The position numbers were made by a program, and so were the translations under genes. This document shows positions 37,009 through 46,007 of a stretch of 64,000 nucleotides of DNA, in pieces; the first letter of the stretch is position 1, and the number at the start of each line of letters is the position of its first letter. The notes beneath the pieces were generated by a model. It was not told the DNA's origin. It ran no database searches and worked only from the letters and a program-made list of their open reading frames with translations. Source of the stretch: a virus (lineage: Duplodnaviria > Caudoviricetes); IMG/VR virus record IMGVR_UViG_3300024331_000007, positions 64,001 through 128,000 of that record. One strand, given 5' to 3'.

Positions 37009-38067
37009 TTATTCCGCGACAATTGCAGATACTGGCGCAACAATGATCTTTTCCTCGTCAAATTCCTTCATAATCTTGTCAAGGATTCCGTCTTTGTTGG
37101 TGAGATATTCTTTACGCCAATACTTGTGCGCTTCACCGTTTACGTCAGTGTATACATAACGATTGCCTTCTTTCACAATCGTCTTGTATTGTTCGAACAA
37201 CTCAAAGAGTCCAGAATAAGGGTCCATTCCAGTTGCATATGGAATCCTTACTTCCATTGTTTCAAAAGGCTTGTTGTATCGCGACTTCATAATCTTGCAA
37301 CCAGCGCGAATACCCAAAACTTCTGATCCCTTGACTCCCTCTTCGTCTTCCTTCAATTTCAATGGCTTCATTGCAACTACGATACTGCTTGCAAAAACGA
37401 AGCCTGAACCACCGCTGACAATTGCATCTGGATTGTATGGGTCTTGGCTTGCATATGTGTGATTCGTCGCAACCAAACCTATATTCAATTCTCCAAACAT
37501 ATTGACGCAATTGGTAACAAGAGCCTTCAACTGCTTGGCCTTGATACCCATATCGCCCTTCATGTTGCCAGATTCGAATTGTTCAACGCTTGTGGGCGAG
37601 AGAAGCATACCCAAACTATCCACAACGAATAGAACGAGTGGTCTTTCCTCTTCTGGAATTTCTTTGTACTCCTTGACGAAATCGCTGACTAGCTTGGCAA
37701 CATCATTTGTCATTGACATGCTAAGTTTAAGCATTTTTTCTTCGCTCGTATCAACACCGAATGCCTGTAGCCAAGGCTCGTCCAAGGCGTTTTCGGTATC
37801 AACAAGGATAACAAAGATACCCAAATCCTGTGCGTTCTTTACAATGTTTCCACTGACGATCAAACTCTTTCCTGATGCTGGTTCTCCTGCGAAAACTGTT
37901 ACCTTTCCAAGAGGAACGCCAGCGTCAAAGCGTCCAGAGATTCGATAGTTCAGTGCGTAATTACCAGTCGAAATCCAAACATCTGGATCGTGGAAACCAA
38001 TGCTAATTCCGTCAATACTTTTTGTAATGGTACGTCTAAATTTTGAAACATCAAACGGCTTCGCCAT
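37009..38067 (-). CDS. uvsX: RecA-like recombinase UvsX
   Basis: GEPASGKS, DTENA, VVDSLGML, ATNHTY, SGGSG. Confidence 0.95.
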   Translation of the reverse strand: MAKPFDVSKFRRTITKSIDGISIGFHDPDVWISTGNYALNYRISGRFDAGVPLGKVTVFAGEPASGKSLIVSGNIVKNAQDLGIFVILVDTENALDEPWLQAFGVDTSEEKMLKLSMSMTNDVAKLVSDFVKEYKEIPEEERPLVLFVVDSLGMLLSPTSVEQFESGNMKGDMGIKAKQLKALVTNCVNMFGELNIGLVATNHTYASQDPYNPDAIVSGGSGFVFASSIVVAMKPLKLKEDEEGVKGSEVLGIRAGCKIMKSRYNKPFETMEVRIPYATGMDPYSGLFELFEQYKTIVKEGNRYVYTDVNGEAHKYWRKEYLTNKDGILDKIMKEFDEEKIIVAPVSAIVAE

Positions 38068-38098
38068 ATTATTTCTCCGAATATAATGTAATGTATGA

Positions 38099-38125
38099 AC
38101 GAAGCCGCATTGCTGCGGCCTCGTT
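38099..38125 (-). terminator. Hairpin between gp32 and uvsX
   Basis: GCCGCA-GCAA-TGCGGC stem with flanking AACGA/TCGTT pairing. Confidence 0.55.
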
Positions 38126-38139
38126 ATTTGTGGTATGGT

Positions 38140-39153
38140 TTATGCCTTTGATTCAGCTTTTGCTTCTGCTGTTTTCTTACCGCGCTGCTTAATCATCTCA
38201 AGGATCGCGCTGGCAGACTTGTTCTCACCTGCTGGAGCAGCAACAGATTCCGTTTCAGCGTGAGAAGTTTCCTTCTTGCTTGCTTCGGTCTTTGTTTCTG
38301 TCTGAGTCGAATCGGTTGTACCTTCCTTCTCAGTTCTTGCTCCCGCTGGGCGATAGAAGCTACCCCAACGTTCCTGATCGTAAGCTTCACCATTGACTGA
38401 TGCTGCAAACATTTCACGAATGATGTTAAGTTCTTCTTCGGATGGCTTCTTGCCAAGGAAGTCGCTGAGATTGCTCAGACCGTGCTTCTCGATGGCAGCA
38501 AGTTCGTCCTGTGTAAGAGCAGATTCGCGGCGAGCATAAGAGCTAATACCGTAATCTGCATACTGGCCCTTTGTTGACTTTGTGATACGGAAGTCAGAAC
38601 CTGCCTCGTAATCGCAAGGAAGATTAATCATTTCTGCATCCATCAAACCAGCCTTGACCAAGTTATAAAGCTGCTTGTTCAAGCTGAAACGACGAATTGG
38701 ATTCTCAGGAACGGAATCTTCTTGGACTGCGCTCTTACGAACGAATCCCTGCATAATGTATTGTGGCTTCTTCCAGTAAATGTTGGCCTTTTGAGTAAGA
38801 GCCTCATCACCGCTTGCCTTGGCTTCCTTGTACCATGCGCGAACTTCACTGAGGATAGGGCATCCCTGTGGATATAGTTCACGACCAAACATTTCAACGC
38901 AAGGTACGCTGACTGTTACTTGTTTGGTTTCGCCGCCCTTGATACCGTTGAATGGCAGCTTGATCTGGAGTTTTTCAACCCAGAAAAATGTGTTGTCTTG
39001 ATTGCCGTCAGGAAGGAAACGGAGTTCAGAAGTTGTGTCGGGTTTCGCATTCCAGAATGGAAAAAATGCGTTGTCGAAGTTTTGACCTTTATTTTTTTCT
39101 GCTTGAGCTAATCTCGCACGAATGGCTTGAAGTGTGCTATTAGGGTTTCCCAT
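38140..39153 (-). CDS. Single-stranded DNA binding protein, gp32-like
   Basis: LRFLPDG...FFWVE...VPCVEM...CPIL...YWKK...DYGISSY. Confidence 0.85.
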   Translation of the reverse strand: MGNPNSTLQAIRARLAQAEKNKGQNFDNAFFPFWNAKPDTTSELRFLPDGNQDNTFFWVEKLQIKLPFNGIKGGETKQVTVSVPCVEMFGRELYPQGCPILSEVRAWYKEAKASGDEALTQKANIYWKKPQYIMQGFVRKSAVQEDSVPENPIRRFSLNKQLYNLVKAGLMDAEMINLPCDYEAGSDFRITKSTKGQYADYGISSYARRESALTQDELAAIEKHGLSNLSDFLGKKPSEEELNIIREMFAASVNGEAYDQERWGSFYRPAGARTEKEGTTDSTQTETKTEASKKETSHAETESVAAPAGENKSASAILEMIKQRGKKTAEAKAESKA

Positions 39154-39320
39154 GATGATTCTCCATATATACCATGTAATTTAATTAGTGTGACCATGAT
39201 TGTACTGCTTCCATGTTTGTCACTCTTTATCAAGAGTAACATTGTATTTAGTCTGAGTCAACGAGTTTTTTGGTTGAAAACGAAAAATAATTTTGTACTC
39301 GGTAAACGAAAACTTCAAAG

Positions 39321-39400
39321 CTAAATACTTGACGTAACAAATGCAGTCCACGAGTCGCCAAACTCTGACTGCCCTATCGGTCTGGGAGGACCAACAGCAC
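39321..39400 (+). promoter_or_regulatory. Late promoter plus structured leader, copy 4
   Basis: CTAAATA...GCAGTC CAC GAGT CGCCAA ACTC T GACTGC CCTA TC GGTC TGGGAG GACC AA CAGC AC ATG. Confidence 0.7.
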
Positions 39401-39721
39401 ATGCGTATTTACTTCTCTAATTTCCTAAACGCTGTTTCTGGAACAGCGTCGGCTGGCGTTCCTGTAGATATTGAAGGTTATTACTCAGAACTCATAAATG
39501 GTTGCAATACTAAATTCCAGCCGTTTCATCGTGCTATATTTTACTCAACCAACAACGGAAATGCCGCACCTGAATGCACGTTGGTTGTTCAATATTATGG
39601 TAGCGAAGATGATAAATTGCAATCCAAAAATTTGACTGGCAATGTCATTTTTAGTGGATCATCGTGCGAAGACATCCGTCAAAAATTTTTGAACCAAGCC
39701 TTAGAAAACCTTACAAAATGA
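39401..39721 (+). CDS. Hypothetical protein (start revised to MRIYFS)
   Basis: SD GGAGG in leader hairpin; ATGA overlap with next gene. Confidence 0.65.
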   Translation: MRIYFSNFLNAVSGTASAGVPVDIEGYYSELINGCNTKFQPFHRAIFYSTNNGNAAPECTLVVQYYGSEDDKLQSKNLTGNVIFSGSSCEDIRQKFLNQALENLTK

Positions 39722-40306
39722 ACATTTACTACATTTACGCATATCTTCGTAAAGTTCAAACACTACATGGAGAAGCTGGAACCCCCTTATTACATCGGCA
39801 AGGGGTGTGGTCCTAGAATGTATGTGAATCATTCGGATTGCGGCGGAAAAATACCCAAAGATCGTCGTTTCATTTTGAAGATTTTTGAGAACTGCTCTGA
39901 AAATCAAGCGTTTGAGCTAGAACGAGCGTTGATAAAGATATTCGGTAGGATCGACATTGGAACTGGGTGTCTTCGTAATCTTACGGATGGTGGAACTGGC
40001 TCTAGTGGTAAAATCATCACCGAGGAATCTCGTAAACGAATGTCAATTGGGCAGAGTAGGAGAACTGAATACCCAAAAGGTTTGCCAGTATCGGAAGAAA
40101 GAAGACAAGCTCAAAGAGAAAAGATGACTGGCAAACCAGCATGGAATAAAGGAAAATCTTGGTCTAAAGAGACTAGACAAAAGTTATCAGATTCCCATAT
40201 GGGTAAGACTAGCCCAAGAAAAGGTGTTACCTTATCTGTTGAAACCAAAAGAAAAATTTCAGAATCCCTTAAAAAGAGAAACCAAATTATCACCACTGCG
40301 ACATAG
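39718..40306 (+). pseudogene. GIY-YIG/NUMOD3 endonuclease split by a +1 frameshift
   Basis: MNIYYIYAYLRKVQTLHGEAGTP in frame 0; PYYIGKG...LRNLTDGG in +1 frame; junction ACCCCCTTAT at 39781. Confidence 0.8.
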
Positions 40307-42875
40307 AATCTATTCCGCTTGCGTCATTTGGCATAGCAATTGAACGAACACCGCGAGGTTGAAGTTTTGGTACTTCCTTACCTGCATCATCAACATCTCT
40401 TTCTGGTGTACTCAGCAACGAAAAGGGACTCAATTTGCCAGTTGTATTTTCGTGCTTTTCAATTTCTGCTGGCTTACGAAACTTTGTACCAAGATGCACA
40501 TTTGTCCAAGTTAAAGGACCTGACCATCCAGTTGAAGATGGTACATCAGCTTCTAATAGTCCAGATTCCTGTAATAGGTCATCAATAATACCCTTGCTTT
40601 CTGGAAGTTCTTTTTCATTGTTCTTAGCTGAAATTCGTCTGAGTTCTTCACGAAATTCTGGATTACCCATGAAGAACGCTTCAAAGAACGAACGAGAACC
40701 AAATCCCTTATCTTTGAACTGACCATTTCGAGTAATTATCCAGCCGAGTTTCTTGTTTTCGGCAGGCCCAAAGATAACTGAGAAGTACGACTTTTTCCAA
40801 ATCTGATTGTCTGGATTGTTGACAATTCTCTCAAAGTCTAAATCTTTCAACAACTTTTCCATAATCAACTTGTCTTGATTTGCTTTGGCTTCCTTGCCTT
40901 TAAAACCAAACAGTTCAGTTAATTGGCTTTCTTTTACGGGACGATTTTTCATAAAATTAGTGTGAGCTTTAGATAGTTTTCCGTCGGTATCAAACATTGG
41001 CTCCCATTGATACTCGTCTGTGGTATCCTGTTCTTCATTATCTTCAAAATCATCCATATCTTGAAAATCTTCATTTAGTGATTCGCCTAAATATGCTTTC
41101 GCCATCAAATGACCCTTATAGAAATCATCCGTGGCAAGCGTTTTAACGTAGTCTTCAAAGCTGCCATTTCCAAATTCCGATGTGTCGTAGCCTTTTGAAT
41201 CTGGTTCAACAACATACTTCTGCCAAAGATCAGTGAGATATTGTTTCAATTCTTCGGGCGACTTTCCTTCTGGTTTGTCGTATCCTCTGGCAGCAAAGTC
41301 TTTTGCCTTGGCGTCCCGTTCATATTTTGCCAGATACTTCTGAAATTCTGGATCGTTGTCCAATTCATTGTTTTCAACGATCTTCTTGAGTCTGCTCATT
41401 TCAGATTCAAGATTCATCTGTCCTGTGCCTCTAATTTCATCAGAGGTAGGAATGGAGCCGTTCATACCTCCATACTCAAAAGGGCGGTAATCCTCAGCAT
41501 CTTCCTTGGCTTGGTGAATTAATGTTAAGTCTTCCTCACCAGCAATCTTTCCAGCGTCTTCTTGTTCTCGACGTGCGCTATTTCCGCTGTATCCGCATAT
41601 GTCACAGCCTTCTCCGCCACAAGAAATACATTGCTCGCCTGTGAATTTTTCAGGTGTGTCTTCAATATCTTCATTTACTTCGCCAGTTACTGCATTTCTA
41701 TCTGAATCTTCAGCACGTTTCCAATTATAATCTTCCTGTCCCAATTCTATAGCTTTTTGTTCTTCTGGTGTCAATTCTTCTTCATTATCAACGCCGCCGT
41801 CCATAATAACATCTTGGCCTTCGCCTTGACCATTGGCAGCATTAACCCACTTTTCAAATTCGTCCTGTTCTTTTACCTTGCCATGTGAACGATAGGCTCT
41901 CATAACATGTGGAAGCGCAAGCTGGCTCTCTTCATCCAGAGATTCACCATCAAACGCATCTTCGAACACTTCATCATCAGCTTCTAATTCTCCAGCGGTT
42001 CCAGTCAAAGCTGGGCTGTTCTTGGCATATCCACCCTTTGAAGAAAGGCTTGCCAAAGTCTTCTTGATTTCGAGGTAACGCTCTCTTGTAGCAGCGAGGA
42101 TCGAAGAAACGTAAGGCTTCGAAGCAGATTCAGACTTCTTCTGCTTATGATAAAACTTGTTCAGGGAAACCATTTCTTCGACAAGCTGGCAAATGTCACG
42201 GCCAACATTATCGTATGGAGTTCCGCCATTTTCAATGTGACGAGCCATAGCACGAGCCGCTACAAGGTTCTTGAATGGCAATAGGAAACGTTCATTCTTG
42301 GCATTGACCAAATAAATTCTGGCAATGCGGCGGCTTCGGCTGCCGCGAACTTCGGGATCAACTTTTGTGGTGTGCTTAATGACGATCTTGATTGGCTCGC
42401 CGTCCAGTTTTTGGTGGCTTGTCTTAGCTGTGCCGTCAATAGGCAAAAACGTGCCTTCAAACATAGGCAAAATGTCTTCAGTGACAAGTTTCAAATCTTT
42501 TTCGACATCGCGACGATTAATCTGACTCTTGTTAATGTTTCGAACATCAAAACCGAGTAAATGCATTTTAGCGAACTGGCGAATATCTTGTAGGAAGGCA
42601 TACCATTCTGTGCGAGTCTCTGTATCGGAGTCGCCCAAGTCCTGACCAAAATAGATTTTAAGGGAGTTTGCGCTCTCGCTGTCGTCCAACAATGAGACAA
42701 CCACAGTGCCTTTATTTTCCCCTTTTTTATTAACGAAGTTGAACGAAAAGACCTTTATTTCACCGGGATCGTCGGTGAAATGACCAGCTTCATCAACCGA
42801 ATCGGCTATGTCAAAGCGATCTTTTAGAAGGTTAATCAAGTCTGAGCTACAATTCTCGACGGGAAGTGGGCACAT
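40290..42875 (-). CDS. Large acidic hypothetical protein, possibly virion associated
   Basis: 861 aa; CISCGGEGCDICG; several xxE-[SDN] sites. Confidence 0.6.
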   Translation of the reverse strand: MCPLPVENCSSDLINLLKDRFDIADSVDEAGHFTDDPGEIKVFSFNFVNKKGENKGTVVVSLLDDSESANSLKIYFGQDLGDSDTETRTEWYAFLQDIRQFAKMHLLGFDVRNINKSQINRRDVEKDLKLVTEDILPMFEGTFLPIDGTAKTSHQKLDGEPIKIVIKHTTKVDPEVRGSRSRRIARIYLVNAKNERFLLPFKNLVAARAMARHIENGGTPYDNVGRDICQLVEEMVSLNKFYHKQKKSESASKPYVSSILAATRERYLEIKKTLASLSSKGGYAKNSPALTGTAGELEADDEVFEDAFDGESLDEESQLALPHVMRAYRSHGKVKEQDEFEKWVNAANGQGEGQDVIMDGGVDNEEELTPEEQKAIELGQEDYNWKRAEDSDRNAVTGEVNEDIEDTPEKFTGEQCISCGGEGCDICGYSGNSARREQEDAGKIAGEEDLTLIHQAKEDAEDYRPFEYGGMNGSIPTSDEIRGTGQMNLESEMSRLKKIVENNELDNDPEFQKYLAKYERDAKAKDFAARGYDKPEGKSPEELKQYLTDLWQKYVVEPDSKGYDTSEFGNGSFEDYVKTLATDDFYKGHLMAKAYLGESLNEDFQDMDDFEDNEEQDTTDEYQWEPMFDTDGKLSKAHTNFMKNRPVKESQLTELFGFKGKEAKANQDKLIMEKLLKDLDFERIVNNPDNQIWKKSYFSVIFGPAENKKLGWIITRNGQFKDKGFGSRSFFEAFFMGNPEFREELRRISAKNNEKELPESKGIIDDLLQESGLLEADVPSSTGWSGPLTWTNVHLGTKFRKPAEIEKHENTTGKLSPFSLLSTPERDVDDAGKEVPKLQPRGVRSIAMPNDASGIDSMSQW

Positions 42876-42876
42876 T

Positions 42877-43617
42877 TTAGTTTTTCTCCAGTTTTTTAGA
42901 CTCGTAGAATTTCTTACGCGAATCCAATATTTTCTTTCTAACTTCGGCAGTCCATTTTTTCCCTATATGCGCCACAGCAATTTTGTTGCGTGCTTCTAAT
43001 GAATGTGTTTTACCATACATAGAATTTTTGGAACCAGTGGTGGCATTACTAATTTTTATTTTAAATTCTTCAGTTCGTGTTTTTCCAATTTGGGACTTTG
43101 ACATTTTGGCTTTAGATTCATCTGAAAAGATTCTACCTGTCATTAATTTTCGCATCTTATTTTTATGCTCAGTAGTATGTTTCTTTCCAGCATGACCGAA
43201 TGTTCCTTTTTGACCCATTCGTGACTCGGACATTCTTTTTCTGCTTTCTTTACTAAAAACCTGCTTGGTTCTTGCTTTTCGTATTTTTTCTTTAGTTTCT
43301 TCCGATAATTTGCCTTTTCCTTGCGCCTTAGATGATATGTTATAACCAAACGTTTTATTTGTTGTGTCAAACTTCGTGATATACAGTTCTTCAATCTCAT
43401 TCAATTTATCTGACGATTCAATATTAGTTTCAATTACTTCAAATACGAAAGCATTTACACCATGTTTGCGTATGGAATTATAAAGTGGAAAAGCCGATCC
43501 ATTACGAGCAAAATAGCAGTGTTTATTCCATCGTCTACTAGCGGGTTCTTGGATAGTTTGACCGATGTACTTCTTTCCATTGGTCAAATTCGTTATCTGG
43601 TAGATTGAGCCATTCAT
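42877..43617 (-). CDS. GIY-YIG homing endonuclease with NUMOD3 repeats (start revised to MNGSIY)
   Basis: GSIYQITNLTNGKKYIGQT...GYN; CTAAATA-5 nt-ATG. Confidence 0.9.
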   Translation of the reverse strand: MNGSIYQITNLTNGKKYIGQTIQEPASRRWNKHCYFARNGSAFPLYNSIRKHGVNAFVFEVIETNIESSDKLNEIEELYITKFDTTNKTFGYNISSKAQGKGKLSEETKEKIRKARTKQVFSKESRKRMSESRMGQKGTFGHAGKKHTTEHKNKMRKLMTGRIFSDESKAKMSKSQIGKTRTEEFKIKISNATTGSKNSMYGKTHSLEARNKIAVAHIGKKWTAEVRKKILDSRKKFYESKKLEKN

Positions 43618-43641
43618 AACAGTATTTAGTACAAAAAGACA

Positions 43642-43756
43642 ATGGACGGGTTTTTGGGCCAACCCGTCCATCTAAGACTATTTGATCTTACCAAGCTGTA
43701 TAATTCAGCGCCCTCATAAGATAATGGACGGAGTTTTAAACAATCTCTCCGTCCAT
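43642..43756. terminator. Two related hairpins ATGGACGG / CCGTCCAT
   Basis: 43642-43671 and 43724-43756; first is followed by TGTCTTTTT on the minus strand. Confidence 0.55.
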
Positions 43757-43822
43757 CCTGAAACAAATTGGTTTTGAAACCGAATAACATCTTCGGTAGT
43801 AAAGTACGCTTACTATTAAGTA

Positions 43823-44296
43823 TTATTTGTGTCCATTGTGACCGTCTTGATGACCACCACCGTGGAATCCGTTGTTTCCTCCGTGAAAACCTTCACCATG
43901 ACCCTGACTTCTGTGTTCGTCGCGGGGATGATTAAATCCTCGTGGTGCGGGAGCGTGATTCCAGATGTGAGAATGATCCCATCTGTCGCGATCACGCCAT
44001 CCATAATGTGAATGGCACCATCTATCATAACCGCGTCCGTGCCAGTGGTAACCATACCAAGGTCCAACTCCGATGAAAAATCCATCGATAAACCAGTCAG
44101 AACTATAGTATCCATATGGAACGCAGTCGTATGGATAATATGGATAATAACCCCATTGGCACACTGGCTCAACGTATACCGGTGTTTCAACAACTGGACC
44201 TACGCCTACCCCAACGCCAACGCTGACTTGTGCCTTGGCAACCGTTAGACCACCGAGCATAATCATCAACAATATTAGGTACTTTGCGTATTTCAT
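43823..44296 (-). CDS. Secreted Gly/His/Tyr-rich protein resembling an Acidobacteria family
   Basis: Signal peptide ending AKA-Q, then VSVGVGVG...CQWGYYPYYPYDCVPYGYY...WF...FIGVGPW. Confidence 0.55.
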   Translation of the reverse strand: MKYAKYLILLMIMLGGLTVAKAQVSVGVGVGVGPVVETPVYVEPVCQWGYYPYYPYDCVPYGYYSSDWFIDGFFIGVGPWYGYHWHGRGYDRWCHSHYGWRDRDRWDHSHIWNHAPAPRGFNHPRDEHRSQGHGEGFHGGNNGFHGGGHQDGHNGHK

Positions 44297-44308
44297 TATT
44301 TCCTCCGT

Positions 44309-44779
44309 TTATACAGCATGGCCTATAAGTGCTGGAGAAAGATGAACCATTTCTGGTGTAACCTTATAAACGAAATCTGGTTCAACATTCAGCAGGCTCA
44401 AACCACCTTTTAAGCAACATGCTGTTACAAATTCGCTGCAAATCCATTCATCACTATTATGCCATGATGTATGGGCGGCGATTCCCAAAATAGTCGAAAA
44501 ATCATATGATTTGCCAATTTGTGAGTGGGCAAATGTTAAAATTGCCTCTTCTGTGGCATCATCGACGGGGATAGCATATACCCTCTGTCTTTTAATCTTG
44601 CTTGGCTTAATGTAATCCACAGCACGTATTTTAATACCACCAACGGCGCGAGCACCCAAAAAAGTACCATCGGGAAGTACAAATTCAACATGTGACCAAA
44701 GACTTCCGCCTTGGAACCATGATACCGCACCTGAAATTACATCAGTTTCGGTTACAAATCTCAGTTTTATAACGCCCAT
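44309..44779 (-). CDS. Permuted papain-like (NlpC/P60, YiiX/YaeF-type) hydrolase
   Basis: WSHV...GKSYD...WICSEFV. Confidence 0.7.
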   Translation of the reverse strand: MGVIKLRFVTETDVISGAVSWFQGGSLWSHVEFVLPDGTFLGARAVGGIKIRAVDYIKPSKIKRQRVYAIPVDDATEEAILTFAHSQIGKSYDFSTILGIAAHTSWHNSDEWICSEFVTACCLKGGLSLLNVEPDFVYKVTPEMVHLSPALIGHAV

Positions 44780-44829
44780 AACTCTCTCCTAGTATAGACA
44801 CCATTTCAGTTGAAAAGGTGCGCTAATAT

Positions 44830-45036
44830 TTAGGAGTCGAGTAGTCTTTCAGCTAGACTTTTGGCATAATCGGCAAGGAATTTGTTGGAATATATTGACT
44901 TTTCATCAGTAGCTTTGTGTTTTTCTAAGTCCTTCAGGATATGTTCGATAGTTCCGGGTGTAACTTCGTCACGTATTAGTGTATATAAAAACGGTATAAG
45001 ATAATTGTCGGGCATTTGGTTTCCTTTTACGTCCAT
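44830..45036 (-). CDS. Small hypothetical protein
   Basis: ORF packed in minus-strand operon. Confidence 0.5.
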   Translation of the reverse strand: MDVKGNQMPDNYLIPFLYTLIRDEVTPGTIEHILKDLEKHKATDEKSIYSNKFLADYAKSLAERLLDS

Positions 45037-45893
45037 AGTTTGTGACGAACTTTGATGAGGCGAATCATCATTGATTCTTCCTCTTTTTCGTACTGTTTTT
45101 CAAGTTTGCTGAGGAGTTTATGGGCTTTATCGCCTTGTTTTTTCAATTCTTCTGAATAATTATCCCCATCAAGTACTGCCCACATAATCGTATGTTTGTC
45201 ATTCGTCTTTTCAGATGCGATTCGACGCTTTTCTTCGCAGTAATCATGAAATCCAGACACCTTCATTGGATCAGGGCGATTTGGATAAATGTCCTTCCAC
45301 CAAATATAGAGGGCGAGAACTTCCTTAGCTTTAATTGCTTGATCGGTTGGTGTTCCATACTTCGGATCGTTCTTGTCATAGCAACCATAATCTTCGTTGT
45401 GGACCAGAGCCATTTGCCATTTGAGATTTTCGATTCCAGCTTCGCGACTTCTCCAGTGCATGAATGGAAGTTTGTAACGGAATGGAACTTTGTAGTTTTC
45501 ATTATGCCAGAAAATTTCAGCGGCAAGTTCAATTTCAACGAAATCTACAAGAGTATCAAACATGCAATATAGGAAGCGATTGTCAACGTCTCTCCATTGT
45601 CCTCGTTTCAAATGTTCTTTGTGCGCGACAAGAGCATGAGTTTGCGATACAAATCGATTATCAAGGTAGCATCTGGCATCATGAAATTTGGTTGGAATAT
45701 AGCTCACAACTGCTTGAATACTATTCAATGCAGAATCAGCCAGCCAAAACCTGAATGGATGCGCGGCTTTAGCCTCAATGCGCCAGTTGGCCCATTCCGC
45801 ACCAGTGCCGCTGGCTGGTTTGTTAACTCCGCGAATCCAATTTGCAAATTTACTACTTGACCAATATCTTCCCATTTTCTTTCCTCTTGTCAC
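45027..45893 (-). CDS. Conserved-looking phage hypothetical protein
   Basis: 288 aa, Trp-rich. Confidence 0.65.
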   Translation of the reverse strand: MTRGKKMGRYWSSSKFANWIRGVNKPASGTGAEWANWRIEAKAAHPFRFWLADSALNSIQAVVSYIPTKFHDARCYLDNRFVSQTHALVAHKEHLKRGQWRDVDNRFLYCMFDTLVDFVEIELAAEIFWHNENYKVPFRYKLPFMHWRSREAGIENLKWQMALVHNEDYGCYDKNDPKYGTPTDQAIKAKEVLALYIWWKDIYPNRPDPMKVSGFHDYCEEKRRIASEKTNDKHTIMWAVLDGDNYSEELKKQGDKAHKLLSKLEKQYEKEEESMMIRLIKVRHKLWT

Positions 45894-46007
45894 GCCTATA
45901 ACAAATCAACATGATTTGAATAAAACAATACACTGCCCCGGCAATTATGAAGCCAGCAAAGCCAAAAGTCAGAGCCAGCAATATTGTTAAATCCCACAAG
46001 GTTGTGG

